NCBI GenBank assembly: GCA_017649485.1
Contig: JAGCGS010000034.1
Location: 8,571 to 72,570 of the forward strand
Length of the DNA stretch: 64,000 nt
Direction: 5' to 3'
Origin: Bacteroidaceae bacterium
GTDB taxonomy: Bacteria; Bacteroidota; Bacteroidia; Bacteroidales; Bacteroidaceae
The position numbers were made by a program, and so were the translations under genes. Position 1 is the first letter of the stretch, and each line of letters begins with the position of its first letter. Below the pieces are notes generated by a model. It saw nothing but the letters and a program-made list of their open reading frames with translations, did no database searches and was not told the DNA's origin. Of the stretch, positions 1 through 10,040 are shown one piece after another.

Positions 1-892
1 CAACCTTGATGTACACATCCACTGTATTATCGTCGAAGTTCGTCACACTATCTTCCAGAATCACGGCATCGCGATAGCCCAACTCATTATATTTGTCGAT
101 AATCAGCTGCTTATCCTCCTCATACTTCTCAGGGACAAACTTCTTTGTACGGAAGATATTCACCAACTTGTTCTTCTCGTTGGTCTTCTTCATCACGCGT
201 TTCAGCTTATTCGTCTTAATGGCCTGGTTACCCTCAAACGTAATCTCATGCACCTTTACCTTCTCCTTCTTATCCACATTCACATCCACGATAATCTCAT
301 TCTTCCTTTCGGGATCATCGCGCTGCACGAGTTTCACCTCAGCGTTCTTGAAGCCTTTATCATCGAAATAGCGTTTGATAAGTGTTTCAGCACGACTTAC
401 GACATTAGGTGTAATCTGGCTACCTTTGATCATGCCGATACGAGCCTGTAATTCATCCTGCTCCGACTTCTTCATGCCATGATAGTTAACCTCGCTCACA
501 CGTGGTCGCATAGTCACCTTGATTCTTAGCCAAATGCGGTCACCCACAATCTTATCTGCCGAGATACTCACATCCGAGAATAAGCCATGCCTCCAATATC
601 TTTTAGCAGCATCAGTAATGTCTTCGCCAGGCACCTCTATTGTTTCGCCCACCCTGAGTCCTGAAATGTTGACAATCACATTGTCCTCATAGTTTTCAGC
701 TCCCTCTACGGCTATGTCAGCAATGACATATTTCTTCGGATCACCAGAATAGAGAATAACAGGTGTTCCATCATTCAGTGCATCAACTGCCACCTCCTCT
801 TGGGCATGGGCTACATTAAATATAGTATAAGGTACATTAAACAGCATCAACAGCAATGCCACCCGCATCAATATGCTATTTCTTTTCTTCAT
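1..892 (-). CDS. bamA: Outer membrane protein assembly factor BamA, N-terminal POTRA region (partial, runs off the window)
   Basis: Manual minus-strand translation from ATG 892: signal peptide, then ...YVIADIAVEGAENYEDNVIVNISGLRVGETIEVPGEDITDAAKRYWRHGLFSDV...KRYFDDKGFKNAEV; directly downstream of uppS as in Bacteroidetes. Confidence 0.9.
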   Translation of the reverse strand, partial: MKKRNSILMRVALLLMLFNVPYTIFNVAHAQEEVAVDALNDGTPVILYSGDPKKYVIADIAVEGAENYEDNVIVNISGLRVGETIEVPGEDITDAAKRYWRHGLFSDVSISADKIVGDRIWLRIKVTMRPRVSEVNYHGMKKSEQDELQARIGMIKGSQITPNVVSRAETLIKRYFDDKGFKNAEVKLVQRDDPERKNEIIVDVNVDKKEKVKVHEITFEGNQAIKTNKLKRVMKKTNEKNKLVNIFRTKKFVPEKYEEDKQLIIDKYNELGYRDAVILEDSVTNFDDNTVDVYIKV

Positions 893-900
893 CCCTTGTT

Positions 901-1647
901 CTAAATTACTAAATCAATAATTTGTTCACTTGTCAATCCGTATCGGCGTTCGCGGTGCTGATAATCGGCTATTGCCTTCCTAAGCTCCAGCTCCTTGAAG
1001 TCAGGCCAGAAAGTCTCGCAAAAATAAAGCTCTGCATAGGCACATTGCCAAAGCAAATAGTTGCTTAGTCTCTGTTCGCCACCTGTACGAATTAACAAAT
1101 CCACATCAGGCATGTGTTTTGTTGCCAGATGCTGCTGTATTGTGTCACTGTCTATAGCCGACAGCTCCATCTTTCCTGATTTTACTTCTGCCGCTATCTG
1201 GCGAGTAGCCTCGGTAAGCTCCCACTTCGACGAGTAGCTCAACGCCAGCACCAACGACATGCCAGTATTTTGCGAGGTATGCTCCACGCATGCCATCAAC
1301 TTCCCCTTTACAAACTCAGGCAATTTATCAATTTCACCTATCACTTGGAAGCTGATATTATTTTTCATAAAGGTCTCCTCCTCAATATGTTCAAAGAGCA
1401 AGCCCATCAGTGCCGTCACCTCCTGTTCGGGACGGTTCCAGTTTTCTGTAGAGAATGTATATAAAGTCAAGAAGTCGATGCCCAATCTGGCTGCTTCTTC
1501 GGCAATCTGGTGCACTGTTTCTGCACCAGCCTGGTGTCCCTGCGAACGATCTAACCCACGCTGCTTCGCCCATCTGCCATTGCCATCCATAATGATAGCT
1601 ACATGCCTCGGTATGCGATTCAAATCCAACTGAACATCCATCTCCAT
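901..1647 (-). CDS. uppS: Undecaprenyl diphosphate synthase (isoprenyl transferase)
   Basis: [22 protein letters not shown] and [16 protein letters not shown] motifs. Confidence 0.97.
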   Translation of the reverse strand: MEMDVQLDLNRIPRHVAIIMDGNGRWAKQRGLDRSQGHQAGAETVHQIAEEAARLGIDFLTLYTFSTENWNRPEQEVTALMGLLFEHIEEETFMKNNISFQVIGEIDKLPEFVKGKLMACVEHTSQNTGMSLVLALSYSSKWELTEATRQIAAEVKSGKMELSAIDSDTIQQHLATKHMPDVDLLIRTGGEQRLSNYLLWQCAYAELYFCETFWPDFKELELRKAIADYQHRERRYGLTSEQIIDLVI

Positions 1648-1651
1648 ATAC

Positions 1652-2956
1652 CTAACCTAAAAAAGAAAACTTATTCAGGCGTCCTCGCCACAACTGATTA
1701 CTCTCACCATCGTTGCCAATCACGAGTAACCAGATGAAATCAGACTCATCCACTATCATAGCGTAATGCTCATGGCCTCCCACTCCTTCCGGTAGTTGGA
1801 ACTTGCCCTCGCACTTACCCCATACCAAGCCGCCCATCGACTCATACATTGTATTCAGTTCATCACCCACCATATAGAAGAACTTATTGTAGAACATCAC
1901 CGTTGGGTTGCTCAAGTTGGGGCAATAATATACCGTATTTGTAGTCATGCCACCCCAGTCATCACCATCAATGGTCATCCAAGGCACAATCCGGTCAGTG
2001 GGTTCTGAAGACTCACCCACCAAAATCGCCCTCTCAACACCCGTACTGGAAATATATGTATCATAATTCACCTTACCCATAGGGAAACCCGCTTGCACAG
2101 GTTCACCATCAGTCCAAGGCTCGTCAATTGACTTCGTCAAGCAATACAGGTTTTCACCCTCCACTTCTCTAATAGCCGTCAACTTATCAGAGAATGCAGC
2201 CAAGAGGGATGTTACACCACCACTCAGTACCTCACTTTTCTCCCAATACTCGCCAAACTCACTGGTATATACATCACCCGAAGCTGTTATCATGCAAAGC
2301 ATACCCTGGAAATTAAGGGCTGAGTGCAGTATAGCATCCTCTGGTAGGCCAACCATAGTGAAAGTCTCCCACACAAATTCGCTCTGACTCACATCAGCCT
2401 TCATCAGCAAGTTACCCTCCAGCATCACCATCAAGTCATTGCCAAATTTCAGCACCTGTAGGTCAGTACTTTGATTAGCCGCCAAGAATTCATCAGGCAG
2501 GTTAGGCATCAATTTCCACTTAGCCATATCAGGATCTTCCTTGTGCACATTCACCTGTAAGGTATATTCTTGCCAACGGCTTCCATCATTTGCCACAATC
2601 TTGAATGTAACACCAGGCTTGTTAATCGCTGGTGTCAGGTCAGCCTTTTGGCCAACCACAAACAAAGAGTCCAACAAACCCGAAGTAACAATTCCTGTAG
2701 CAGAGAGAGTTTTAATAGTTACATTGCTCAACACCTTCTCCGAGCCCACTGGCAAGGAATCGGCATTAAAGATGACATGATTCACCTGATCAATGGTGAA
2801 AGCATAACTCTTTCCGTATATCGTGTCCAGACCAAAAGCCGTCACAAAGGTGCTCACATTAACCTCAATGTCTTCATCATTGCCCTTCACACATGCACCG
2901 AAACCAATGCAGGCACCCAACAAACAGGCTATGGCCATTAAGAGTTTAGTTCTCAT
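1652..2956 (-). CDS. Conserved Bacteroidales lipoprotein (DUF6242-like)
   Basis: Lipobox FGAC; [19 protein letters not shown] motif; C-terminal [11 protein letters not shown]; position upstream of uppS. Confidence 0.7.
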   Translation of the reverse strand: MRTKLLMAIACLLGACIGFGACVKGNDEDIEVNVSTFVTAFGLDTIYGKSYAFTIDQVNHVIFNADSLPVGSEKVLSNVTIKTLSATGIVTSGLLDSLFVVGQKADLTPAINKPGVTFKIVANDGSRWQEYTLQVNVHKEDPDMAKWKLMPNLPDEFLAANQSTDLQVLKFGNDLMVMLEGNLLMKADVSQSEFVWETFTMVGLPEDAILHSALNFQGMLCMITASGDVYTSEFGEYWEKSEVLSGGVTSLLAAFSDKLTAIREVEGENLYCLTKSIDEPWTDGEPVQAGFPMGKVNYDTYISSTGVERAILVGESSEPTDRIVPWMTIDGDDWGGMTTNTVYYCPNLSNPTVMFYNKFFYMVGDELNTMYESMGGLVWGKCEGKFQLPEGVGGHEHYAMIVDESDFIWLLVIGNDGESNQLWRGRLNKFSFLG

Positions 2957-3031
2957 GAAAGTCTTTTTTTCTTATTTACAAGCTGCAAAATTAAAAAACA
3001 ATTTTCTTATGAGCAGATTTCTCGCGAAGTT

Positions 3032-4078
3032 TTATACAAAATTATGGAATATATGGTAGTTTCGCCCCATAATTAGCTTTTTTTTGGACGAAATTTTAGG
3101 AAAAACAATACTTGGGGCTGAAATACCGTGTTCCAAATGTTGTGGACAATGCTCCACATAGGCCTCATCCCACAACCCCTCATCTATGAAAGATTGCAAC
3201 AGTTTTGCCCCTCCTTCAACCAACAGCGACTGGATTTTCCTCCTCATCAGTTCATCCAACAGCTGGGGTAGTATGCTCCGGCTGAAATCGGCTTGGAAGG
3301 TCATCGCCCCTGCCACGCTTTCCGACTTTTCCGTCACCACTAATGTGGGCTGAGTGCCATCAAAAAGATGCAACTCACGAGGCAAAGTCAGGTTTCTGTC
3401 TATCACAATTCGCAAAGGCTGTGATCCACTCCAGCACCTTACGTTCAGTGAAGGATTGTCAAGCTTAGCCGTACAAGTGCCAACCAAGATAGCTTGATGC
3501 TCAGCCCTGCGCTTATGAGCCACCAATTGTGTCAAAGGTGATGACAGTTTCACAGGCTCTCCACCCTCACGCTCCACGTCGATGAAGCCATCAGCTGACT
3601 GTGCCCACTTCAGTGTAATAAAGGGACGATGCTTCAGTTGAACTGTAAAGAAAACCTTGTTGAGAGCAATACACTCATCCCTCAACACTCCCACAATCAC
3701 CTCGCATCCTGCATCCTGCAATATCTTGATTCCTCTGCCAGCCACCTTACTGAAAGGGTCTTCACACCCTATTACCACCTTGGGTATTCCTTTGCTCACA
3801 ATCAGATTGGCACAAGGAGGTGTCTTCCCATAATGGGCACAAGGCTCCAGGCTCACATAAAGGGTGCTACGCTTCAGCAAAGAATGGTCTTGCACACTCG
3901 TTATGGCATGCACCTCGGCATGTGCCTCGCCACACTTGGCATGGTATCCCTCGCCAATGATTTTATCATCACACACCACCACAGCACCCACCATAGGGTT
4001 GGGAGCAGCACCCAAACGACCATTTTTGGCAAGTTGGATGCATCGTTTCATATATTTTTCGTCATTCGTCATCGTCAT
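3032..4078 (-). CDS. ribD: Bifunctional riboflavin deaminase/reductase RibD
   Basis: PNPMVGAV, HAEVHAI, LEPCAHYGKTPPC and LLVEGG motifs; start trimmed to ATG 4078. Confidence 0.95.
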   Translation of the reverse strand: MTMTNDEKYMKRCIQLAKNGRLGAAPNPMVGAVVVCDDKIIGEGYHAKCGEAHAEVHAITSVQDHSLLKRSTLYVSLEPCAHYGKTPPCANLIVSKGIPKVVIGCEDPFSKVAGRGIKILQDAGCEVIVGVLRDECIALNKVFFTVQLKHRPFITLKWAQSADGFIDVEREGGEPVKLSSPLTQLVAHKRRAEHQAILVGTCTAKLDNPSLNVRCWSGSQPLRIVIDRNLTLPRELHLFDGTQPTLVVTEKSESVAGAMTFQADFSRSILPQLLDELMRRKIQSLLVEGGAKLLQSFIDEGLWDEAYVEHCPQHLEHGISAPSIVFPKISSKKKLIMGRNYHIFHNFV

Positions 4079-4111
4079 TCTCAAAATTATCCGTAACTTT
4101 AGCAAAAAAAT

Positions 4112-4966
4112 ATGCAGAACGTCATTGCCGACATACGCCAGACCTTGTTGCCGCTCTATGGAAAAGAAGAAGCAGCAGCCCTGACCCGCATCATCTGCCA
4201 AGAGATGCTGGGGCAAACGGCCACAGACTTTTTCCTCGGCAAAGATATAGTTTTATCTGCAAATCAGAAAACATTTTTACAATCGATCCTTGAAAGATTG
4301 CAGGATTTTGAACCTATACAGTATATCCAACAACAAGCTCCATTCATGGGGCACAGGTTTTTTGTGGCTCCTGGCGTGCTGATTCCTCGTCCTGAAACTG
4401 AAGAATTAGTGGAACACTTGACGAAGATATTACCTGCTGATGCCAACATTTTTGACATAGGAACAGGCAGTGGTTGCATCGCCATTTCGTTGGCGTTGGC
4501 ATTGCCAAAGGCAAAGGTTTCCGCCTGTGATATCTCTGAACAAGCCTTGACGATTGCGAAATACAACAATGAAACCCATCAAGCACAAGTATCTTTCTTC
4601 CAGACGGATATATTGACATACCAACCTGAGACATCAGCCTTGCAGAGTTTCGATGCCATCGTCAGCAACCCACCATATATTACAAAGGCCGAGGCAAATA
4701 CTATGGAGCCTAATGTGTTGCGCTATGAACCGCATGTAGCATTATTTGTTGATGGCAATGACCCCTTGCTGTTCTATCGCAAGATAGCTGCTTTGGGAAA
4801 GGCTATATTAAAGCCTGATGGCCTACTTGCTTTTGAAATCAACCGCGCTTACGGACAAGAGGTTAAGGAGGTGCTTCATGAACAGGGCTACCAACAGGTG
4901 AAACTAAAGCAAGATCTTTTCGGAAATAACAGATTTGTGTTTGGAAGATTGAAGATTGACTATTAA
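4112..4966 (+). CDS. prmC: Release factor glutamine methyltransferase
   Basis: VLIPRPETEELV, DIGTGSGCIA and SNPPY motifs. Confidence 0.95.
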   Translation: MQNVIADIRQTLLPLYGKEEAAALTRIICQEMLGQTATDFFLGKDIVLSANQKTFLQSILERLQDFEPIQYIQQQAPFMGHRFFVAPGVLIPRPETEELVEHLTKILPADANIFDIGTGSGCIAISLALALPKAKVSACDISEQALTIAKYNNETHQAQVSFFQTDILTYQPETSALQSFDAIVSNPPYITKAEANTMEPNVLRYEPHVALFVDGNDPLLFYRKIAALGKAILKPDGLLAFEINRAYGQEVKEVLHEQGYQQVKLKQDLFGNNRFVFGRLKIDY

Positions 4967-4976
4967 AGATTGAAAA

Positions 4977-5438
4977 ATGAATATGAAACCATTATCAGCA
5001 ACAGAAGCTCTGGCAAAGGCAGCAAACCTTTGCGCCAAAGGAGAGCATTGTGCAGCAGACATTCGAGAAAAGCTCTTCCAATGGGGCTTTGATGGCGATG
5101 CCGATAGCATCATCAGCAAGCTCGTTCAGCAAGACTTCATCAATGAAGTGCGCTATACCCATGCTTATATCCATGATAAATACTGCTTCGCCAAATGGGG
5201 TCGCGTCAAGATAGAGCAAGGACTTCGCTTGAAGCAGATTTCCTCCGCCACCATTCACCAACAAATGGAAGAAGTGATTGACAAAGAAGTTTATACACAA
5301 AACCTCCGAGACCTCTTACAACAGAAACGCAAAACCTTACAAGGCAACGACAACTTCCAAATCAAGACTAAACTCGTCCGCTTTGCCCTGCAACGTGGCT
5401 TTACTTATGAAGAGGTGTTTTGCAACATAGATGATTGA
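4977..5438 (+). CDS. recX: RecX family regulator
   Basis: FINEVRY, KWGRVKI and RFALQRGF motifs; prmC-recX-pyrE order. Confidence 0.88.
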   Translation: MNMKPLSATEALAKAANLCAKGEHCAADIREKLFQWGFDGDADSIISKLVQQDFINEVRYTHAYIHDKYCFAKWGRVKIEQGLRLKQISSATIHQQMEEVIDKEVYTQNLRDLLQQKRKTLQGNDNFQIKTKLVRFALQRGFTYEEVFCNIDD

Positions 5439-5514
5439 AAAATGTTTCATTCTTTTCGGGATTACCATTCTTTTTGCTTACTTTTGCATTTGATTTTTTG
5501 AAATAACAAGTATT

Positions 5515-6156
5515 ATGAAGACATTAGAGAGATTGTTCGCAGAGAAATTATTAAAAATCAAAGCGATTAAATTGCAGCCAGCCAACCCGTTCACTTGGGC
5601 ATCAGGCTGGAAGTCACCGTTTTATTGCGACAACCGCAAGACTTTGTCCTATCCTGCACTGCGCAGTTTTGTAAAGTACGAGATCACCCGTCTCATACTT
5701 GAGAGCTTCCCACAGGTAGATGCCATTGCAGGTGTTGCCACAGGAGCCATACCACAAGGCGCCTTAGTGGCTGATGCGCTGAACCTGCCATTTGTTTATG
5801 TACGTTCCAAACCAAAAGATCATGGATTAGAGAACCTTATCGAAGGCGAGCTACGTCCTGGCATGAAGGTGGTGGTGGTGGAAGACCTCATCTCCACAGG
5901 TGGTAGCAGCTTGAAGGCAGTAGAAGCCATCCGCAGAGACGGTTGCGAGGTCATCGGCATGGTGGCAAGCTATACCTACGGCTTCCCTGAGGCTGAAAAA
6001 GCTTTCAAGGATGCAAAGGTGCAGTTGGTAACCCTAACCAACTACGATGCCGTGATTGAGACTGCCCTGAAGACAGGTTATATTGAAGAGGCTGATATCC
6101 CTATCCTGGATGAGTGGCGCAAAGACCCTGCTCATTGGGGTGATGATTTGAAATAA
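5515..6156 (+). CDS. pyrE: Orotate phosphoribosyltransferase
   Basis: FTWASGWKSPFYCDNR and PRPP-binding VVVVEDLISTGGS. Confidence 0.96.
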   Translation: MKTLERLFAEKLLKIKAIKLQPANPFTWASGWKSPFYCDNRKTLSYPALRSFVKYEITRLILESFPQVDAIAGVATGAIPQGALVADALNLPFVYVRSKPKDHGLENLIEGELRPGMKVVVVEDLISTGGSSLKAVEAIRRDGCEVIGMVASYTYGFPEAEKAFKDAKVQLVTLTNYDAVIETALKTGYIEEADIPILDEWRKDPAHWGDDLK

Positions 6157-6166
6157 ATTTAAGCTT

Positions 6167-6580
6167 ATGAGTACCACGAATTTTGAGAGCGACAGCAAGC
6201 TGATTGAGGCTCCGCAACGCAAGGTGTTTGAGAAGCTGTCTGATGCTGAGAATCTGGAGAAACTGAAGGAACGCATCCCTGCCGAGAAGTTAGATAACAT
6301 CAATTTAGACAATGGCATGCTGACATTCAAGACTCCGATGGGTGCTGTATCTATGCAGATTAAGGACACAGAGCCTTTCCACAGCGTGACATACGGCACG
6401 GTGCAGTCACCCATACCGTTCGATATCCGCATGGAACTGGTTCCTAAGGGTCCTGAGGCTTGCGAGATGAAGCTCATTGCAGGCTTGCAACTCAACGCCT
6501 TTATGCTGGGCATGGTGCAGAAACCCATCCGCGATGGCTTGAACCGCATTGTTGAAGCTCTTGCGCAAGTACCTTATTAG
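6167..6580 (+). CDS. SRPBCC/polyketide cyclase-like family protein
   Basis: 137 aa between pyrE and argH; FESDSKLIEAPQRKVFEKLSD N-terminus and LNAFMLGMVQKP C-terminal helix. Confidence 0.7.
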   Translation: MSTTNFESDSKLIEAPQRKVFEKLSDAENLEKLKERIPAEKLDNINLDNGMLTFKTPMGAVSMQIKDTEPFHSVTYGTVQSPIPFDIRMELVPKGPEACEMKLIAGLQLNAFMLGMVQKPIRDGLNRIVEALAQVPY

Positions 6581-6582
6581 TA

Positions 6583-7917
6583 ATGAAGCTCTGGGAAAAA
6601 TCCACACAGATTGACAAAGAGATAGAGCGATTCACCGTTGGCAGAGACCGTGAGATGGATCTCTATCTGGCTCCTTACGATGTATTGGGCAGCATGGCAC
6701 ACATCACTATGCTCCAAAGCATCGGTCTCCTTACTGAGAACGAGCTGAAACTCCTGTTGCAAGAACTGAAAAAGATATACGAGGTTGCCATCAAAGGCGA
6801 ATTTGTTATTGAAGAAGGCATCGAAGATGTTCATTCTCAAGTAGAACTGATGCTTACTCGTGCCTTGGGCGACATTGGTAAGAAGATTCATAGCGGACGT
6901 TCTCGCAACGATCAGGTGCTGGTTGACCTCAAACTGTTCACCCGTGCCCAGTTGCAGGAGGTGGCTGAACTCACCAAGCAGTTGTTCGACACCCTGATAG
7001 AGCAGAGCGAACGCTACAAAGACATCCTTATGCCAGGCTATACCCACTTGCAGATTGCTATGCCTTCATCTTTCGGCTTGTGGTTAGGCGCTTATGCCGA
7101 GAGCCTTGTGGATGATATGACAATGCTGCAAGCTGCCTATCGCATGGTGAACCGCAATCCCCTGGGCTCTGCGGCGGGCTATGGTTCTTCGTTCCCCTTG
7201 AACCGCTCCATGACCACCCTGCTACTGGGGTTCGACTCTATGGACTATAACGTGGTGTATGCACAGATGGGACGAGGCAAGATGGAGCGCAACGTTTCCT
7301 TTGCCATTGCCAGTCTGGCAGGCACCATCGCCAAATTAGCTTTCGATGCCTGCCTGTTCAATAGCCAGAACTTCGGCTTTGTCAAGCTGCCCGACGAGTG
7401 TACCACAGGCTCCAGCATCATGCCGCACAAGAAAAACCCTGATGTGTTTGAACTCACGCGTGCCAAGTGCAACAAACTGCAGGCATTGCCTCAGCAAATG
7501 ATGCTCATCAGCAACAATCTGCCAAGTGGCTATTTCCGTGATTATCAGATACTCAAGGAAGTGTTCCTTCCTGCTTTCGATGAGTTGAAGGATTGCCTTC
7601 GCATGACCACCTACATCATCAGTCGCCTCACGGTGAACACCCATATCCTCGACGACCCTCGTTACCAGCCCATCTTCACTGTGGAGCGTGTCAATGAACT
7701 GGTGCTGCAGGGAGTGCCCTTCCGTGATGCCTACAAGCAGGTGGGCTTGGAGTTCGAGGCAGGTCAGTTCCGGCATGCTCAAGAGGTGCACCACACCCAC
7801 GAGGGTAGCATCGGCAACCTCTGCAATGCAGAAATCAGTGCCCTGATGCAACAGGAGTTGGGCAAATTTAACTTCCCGCAGGTGGAGAAAGCCCAGCAAC
7901 AGCTATTAGACATATAA
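6583..7917 (+). CDS. argH: Argininosuccinate lyase
   Basis: HSGRSRNDQ, MPGYTHLQ and GSSIMPHKKNPD signatures. Confidence 0.97.
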   Translation: MKLWEKSTQIDKEIERFTVGRDREMDLYLAPYDVLGSMAHITMLQSIGLLTENELKLLLQELKKIYEVAIKGEFVIEEGIEDVHSQVELMLTRALGDIGKKIHSGRSRNDQVLVDLKLFTRAQLQEVAELTKQLFDTLIEQSERYKDILMPGYTHLQIAMPSSFGLWLGAYAESLVDDMTMLQAAYRMVNRNPLGSAAGYGSSFPLNRSMTTLLLGFDSMDYNVVYAQMGRGKMERNVSFAIASLAGTIAKLAFDACLFNSQNFGFVKLPDECTTGSSIMPHKKNPDVFELTRAKCNKLQALPQQMMLISNNLPSGYFRDYQILKEVFLPAFDELKDCLRMTTYIISRLTVNTHILDDPRYQPIFTVERVNELVLQGVPFRDAYKQVGLEFEAGQFRHAQEVHHTHEGSIGNLCNAEISALMQQELGKFNFPQVEKAQQQLLDI

Positions 7918-7933
7918 AAAGTTGCTGATATTT

Positions 7934-7964
7934 TTTGCAGATTGAAAAATACCGACTATCTTTG
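7934..7964 (+). promoter_or_regulatory. Bacteroidetes primary-sigma promoter for tRNA-Leu
   Basis: TTTG (7934-7937), 19-nt spacer, TATCTTTG (7957-7964). Confidence 0.75.
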
Positions 7965-7983
7965 CACCGCAAATAAAGCTGAT

Positions 7984-8071
7984 GCCCGGATGGTGGAATC
8001 GGTAGACACGAGGGACTTAAAATCCCTTGGCTATTGCAGCTGTGTGGGTTCAAGTCCCACTCCGGGTACCA
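7984..8071 (+). tRNA. tRNA-Leu (anticodon TAA), CCA encoded
   Basis: GCCCGGA/TCCGGGT acceptor stem; D-arm GGTGGAATCGGTAGACAC; anticodon arm AGGGA-CTTAAAA-TCCCT; long variable arm; GGTTCAAGTCC T-arm. Confidence 0.96.
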
Positions 8072-8083
8072 CATTTCCAGCAC

Positions 8084-8123
8084 AACCGCCTGCAATTCAG
8101 ATAATTACAGGCGGTTTCCTTTT
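8084..8123 (+). terminator. Intrinsic terminator after tRNA-Leu
   Basis: AACCGCCTGCAATT...AATTACAGGCGGTT stem followed by TCCTTTT. Confidence 0.7.
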
Positions 8124-8160
8124 ATGCAAGTGACATTTAATGAACAAATAAAACAGCATT

Positions 8161-8607
8161 ATGAACAAAAAATTGATTCTGACACTCGCGTTTTTCGCCA
8201 CCCTTTTCTTTTCCTTCTCATCATGCAGTTCAAAAGAAGAGAAAGTCATTAGCAGGCTCGCAAGCCTGACGGAACGCATCGACAAAAATGGAGCTAAATT
8301 CGACTCAGACGATTGGCTTCAAGCCTTTAGAGATCTTGAGGACATCCACGAAGACATGAAAGACTGTGATTTTACAAGTGAGCAACTCAAGCAAGTGGCT
8401 CGTGCCGACGGCAGGATTACAGCCATCGTAGCAAAGCATGGAGCCAAAGCATTCAGTCAAGAGGCATCCTCTTTCATGAAGGAATTAGGCTCAATCGTAA
8501 AGGAGTTCCAGGAAGGAGCCCAGGAGATCTTCAACGAGGAAGACATGAAAGAAATTGAAGAAGAACTTATGAACACATTGAAAGATCTCGAGAAAGATCT
8601 TGAATGA
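8161..8607 (+). CDS. Hypothetical helical lipoprotein
   Basis: Signal peptide with lipobox FSSC; acidic, amphipathic helical body. Confidence 0.75.
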   Translation: MNKKLILTLAFFATLFFSFSSCSSKEEKVISRLASLTERIDKNGAKFDSDDWLQAFRDLEDIHEDMKDCDFTSEQLKQVARADGRITAIVAKHGAKAFSQEASSFMKELGSIVKEFQEGAQEIFNEEDMKEIEEELMNTLKDLEKDLE

Positions 8608-8657
8608 ATAAATGAATTTGTTATCTTTGCTGCGTTAATAACAAAAACCAAGGAAAT

Positions 8658-9356
8658 ATGAGAACTGCAACCATCCTCCTGCTCACGCTGATCATCGCAG
8701 GCAACCAATCGGCATGGGCTCAGCTGAAGCCAGCAAGTAGATATAATAGTACCTATGAGACGGAATCCTACGAGAATAACGATATGATAAAAATCGGACT
8801 CGGGTGGGCAGACAAGACCATCAAGGTGCCCAACGGCGGACAAGCACCGGATGTTGTCAAGCTGACACAAGCCTTCAACAGCGTATGGCCAACTTACGTG
8901 GTGGAAGGCATTCTCGACCAAGCCGCAAATCCCTACTTCACTGAGGTTTCAGACGATGAATATGGTGGAGGAACTGTCGTAGATCGTGGAAACGGCTACC
9001 TCTGCGAGGACGCTGGAGGCAGCGACGGCGAGAACATGGAAGCCTGTGTGTGGAAGCGGGACAACGGCCATCGGCTGTTCGCCATCCAGGTGAGCAGCAA
9101 CACCGACCCAGATTTCTGCGTTATCTGCTTCTACGACTATGACCCAGACACTCAGACGCTCACCCCTGAGTCGAGCCCTGTCGATACATACCAGCCAAAG
9201 GAAGGTCGGGATTATTGGTTCACCCTTCCTCGCCACGGCAAAGACTTCATCATCACCGAGATGATACACAGCGAGCAGGTCAATCTCAGCAGCATCTACC
9301 AGTTTGACGGCAACAAGCACGTCTATAGCAGGCAGAAGAGTGAATCTTACGATTGA
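8658..9356 (+). CDS. Hypothetical secreted acidic protein
   Basis: Signal peptide ending AWA-Q; own TATCTTTG -7 box at 8622-8629; family not recognised. Confidence 0.75.
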   Translation: MRTATILLLTLIIAGNQSAWAQLKPASRYNSTYETESYENNDMIKIGLGWADKTIKVPNGGQAPDVVKLTQAFNSVWPTYVVEGILDQAANPYFTEVSDDEYGGGTVVDRGNGYLCEDAGGSDGENMEACVWKRDNGHRLFAIQVSSNTDPDFCVICFYDYDPDTQTLTPESSPVDTYQPKEGRDYWFTLPRHGKDFIITEMIHSEQVNLSSIYQFDGNKHVYSRQKSESYD

Positions 9357-9455
9357 GGAGCCAAGAACCAGATACTTTCCCCTCGCCATTCGGCATAGCC
9401 GAAGCAAGCATCACCCTGCTGTCTTAGTTCGGGTAACCTTAGTTCCGCCTCTTAA

Positions 9456-9731
9456 TTCAGTCGGATTTGTAATCCGATAATCAGTTCAGTCGGATTTGTA
9501 ATCCGACGGTCATGAATATTAGGATTTGCAATCCGATAATTTTACCGCATTACAAATGCTCATATTCAATACGGTCGGATTACAAATCCGACCGAACGGG
9601 CAGGGAGCTTAAGCGATTTATCTAAATCCGACCGACCGAACAGGGGCAAATCCGACCGGACGGGGCAAATCCGACCGAACAGGCGAACAGAGTCAAGCTT
9701 GAACTATGCCGAACGTTTATTCCGTCCGAAC
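9456..9731. repeat. REP-like multi-hairpin element, copy A (GGATTTGTAATCC/GGATTACAAATCC units plus a degenerate AAATCCGACCGAAC tail)
   Basis: Palindromic units at about 9461, 9489, 9522, 9547 and 9573; related to 43451-43660. Confidence 0.85.
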
Positions 9732-9734
9732 TTA

Positions 9735-9860
9735 GATAGTGATGTTCAATACGTCAAAGATCTATGTCGCGAAGCGAAGCGACGTGTCGTGATTTTTGAT
9801 CTTTGCCTCTTCACCTCCGTGGCCTTTGGTGGTGCTTTTGGCTCTCCATCTGGATCACGA
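9735..9860 (-). ncRNA. Candidate structured ncRNA/leader RNA
   Basis: Follows a consensus promoter; TCGTGAT...ATCACGA closing stem, GTCGC/GCGAC hairpin and boxA-like GATCTTTGACGTATTG; no substantial ORF. Confidence 0.4.
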
Positions 9861-9862
9861 TA

Positions 9863-9894
9863 CAAAGATATATATAATATTTTAAACTGCCAAA
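9863..9894 (-). promoter_or_regulatory. Consensus Bacteroidetes promoter with no downstream CDS
   Basis: Minus strand TTTG, 20-nt spacer, TATCTTTG. Confidence 0.7.
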
Positions 9895-10040
9895 TATATT
9901 TTAAAATATTTTTCAAAAAAAAACTTTTTCCTTGATTTGCTGCGACGTGGTGGCCATTTCAACTAATCGAGCCATTTGTTTTGTGAAATTGAAGCAATTA
10001 ATTAGAGTAATAGGTTGGGAGGGTAAACAACGTCTTATTG

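Noticed and set aside
3032-4216. N-terminally extended ORF calls (ribD to 4216, cutC from 15998, SGNH to 48498, rplR to 57452, mutL to 36624)
   Set aside because: The extensions overlap neighbouring genes or promoters; downstream ATGs match the family N-termini.
8045-8071. attL/attR duplication of the tRNA-Leu 3' end
   Set aside because: I found no second copy by eye and there is no integrase in the window.
9456-9731. Possible CRISPR array (repeated palindromic units)
   Set aside because: The units alternate in orientation, vary in sequence and lack unique equal-length spacers; no cas genes are in the window.
9699-9935. 78-aa plus-strand ORF
   Set aside because: TTG start inside a repeat tail; it runs across a minus-strand promoter and an AT tract and has no protein-like features.
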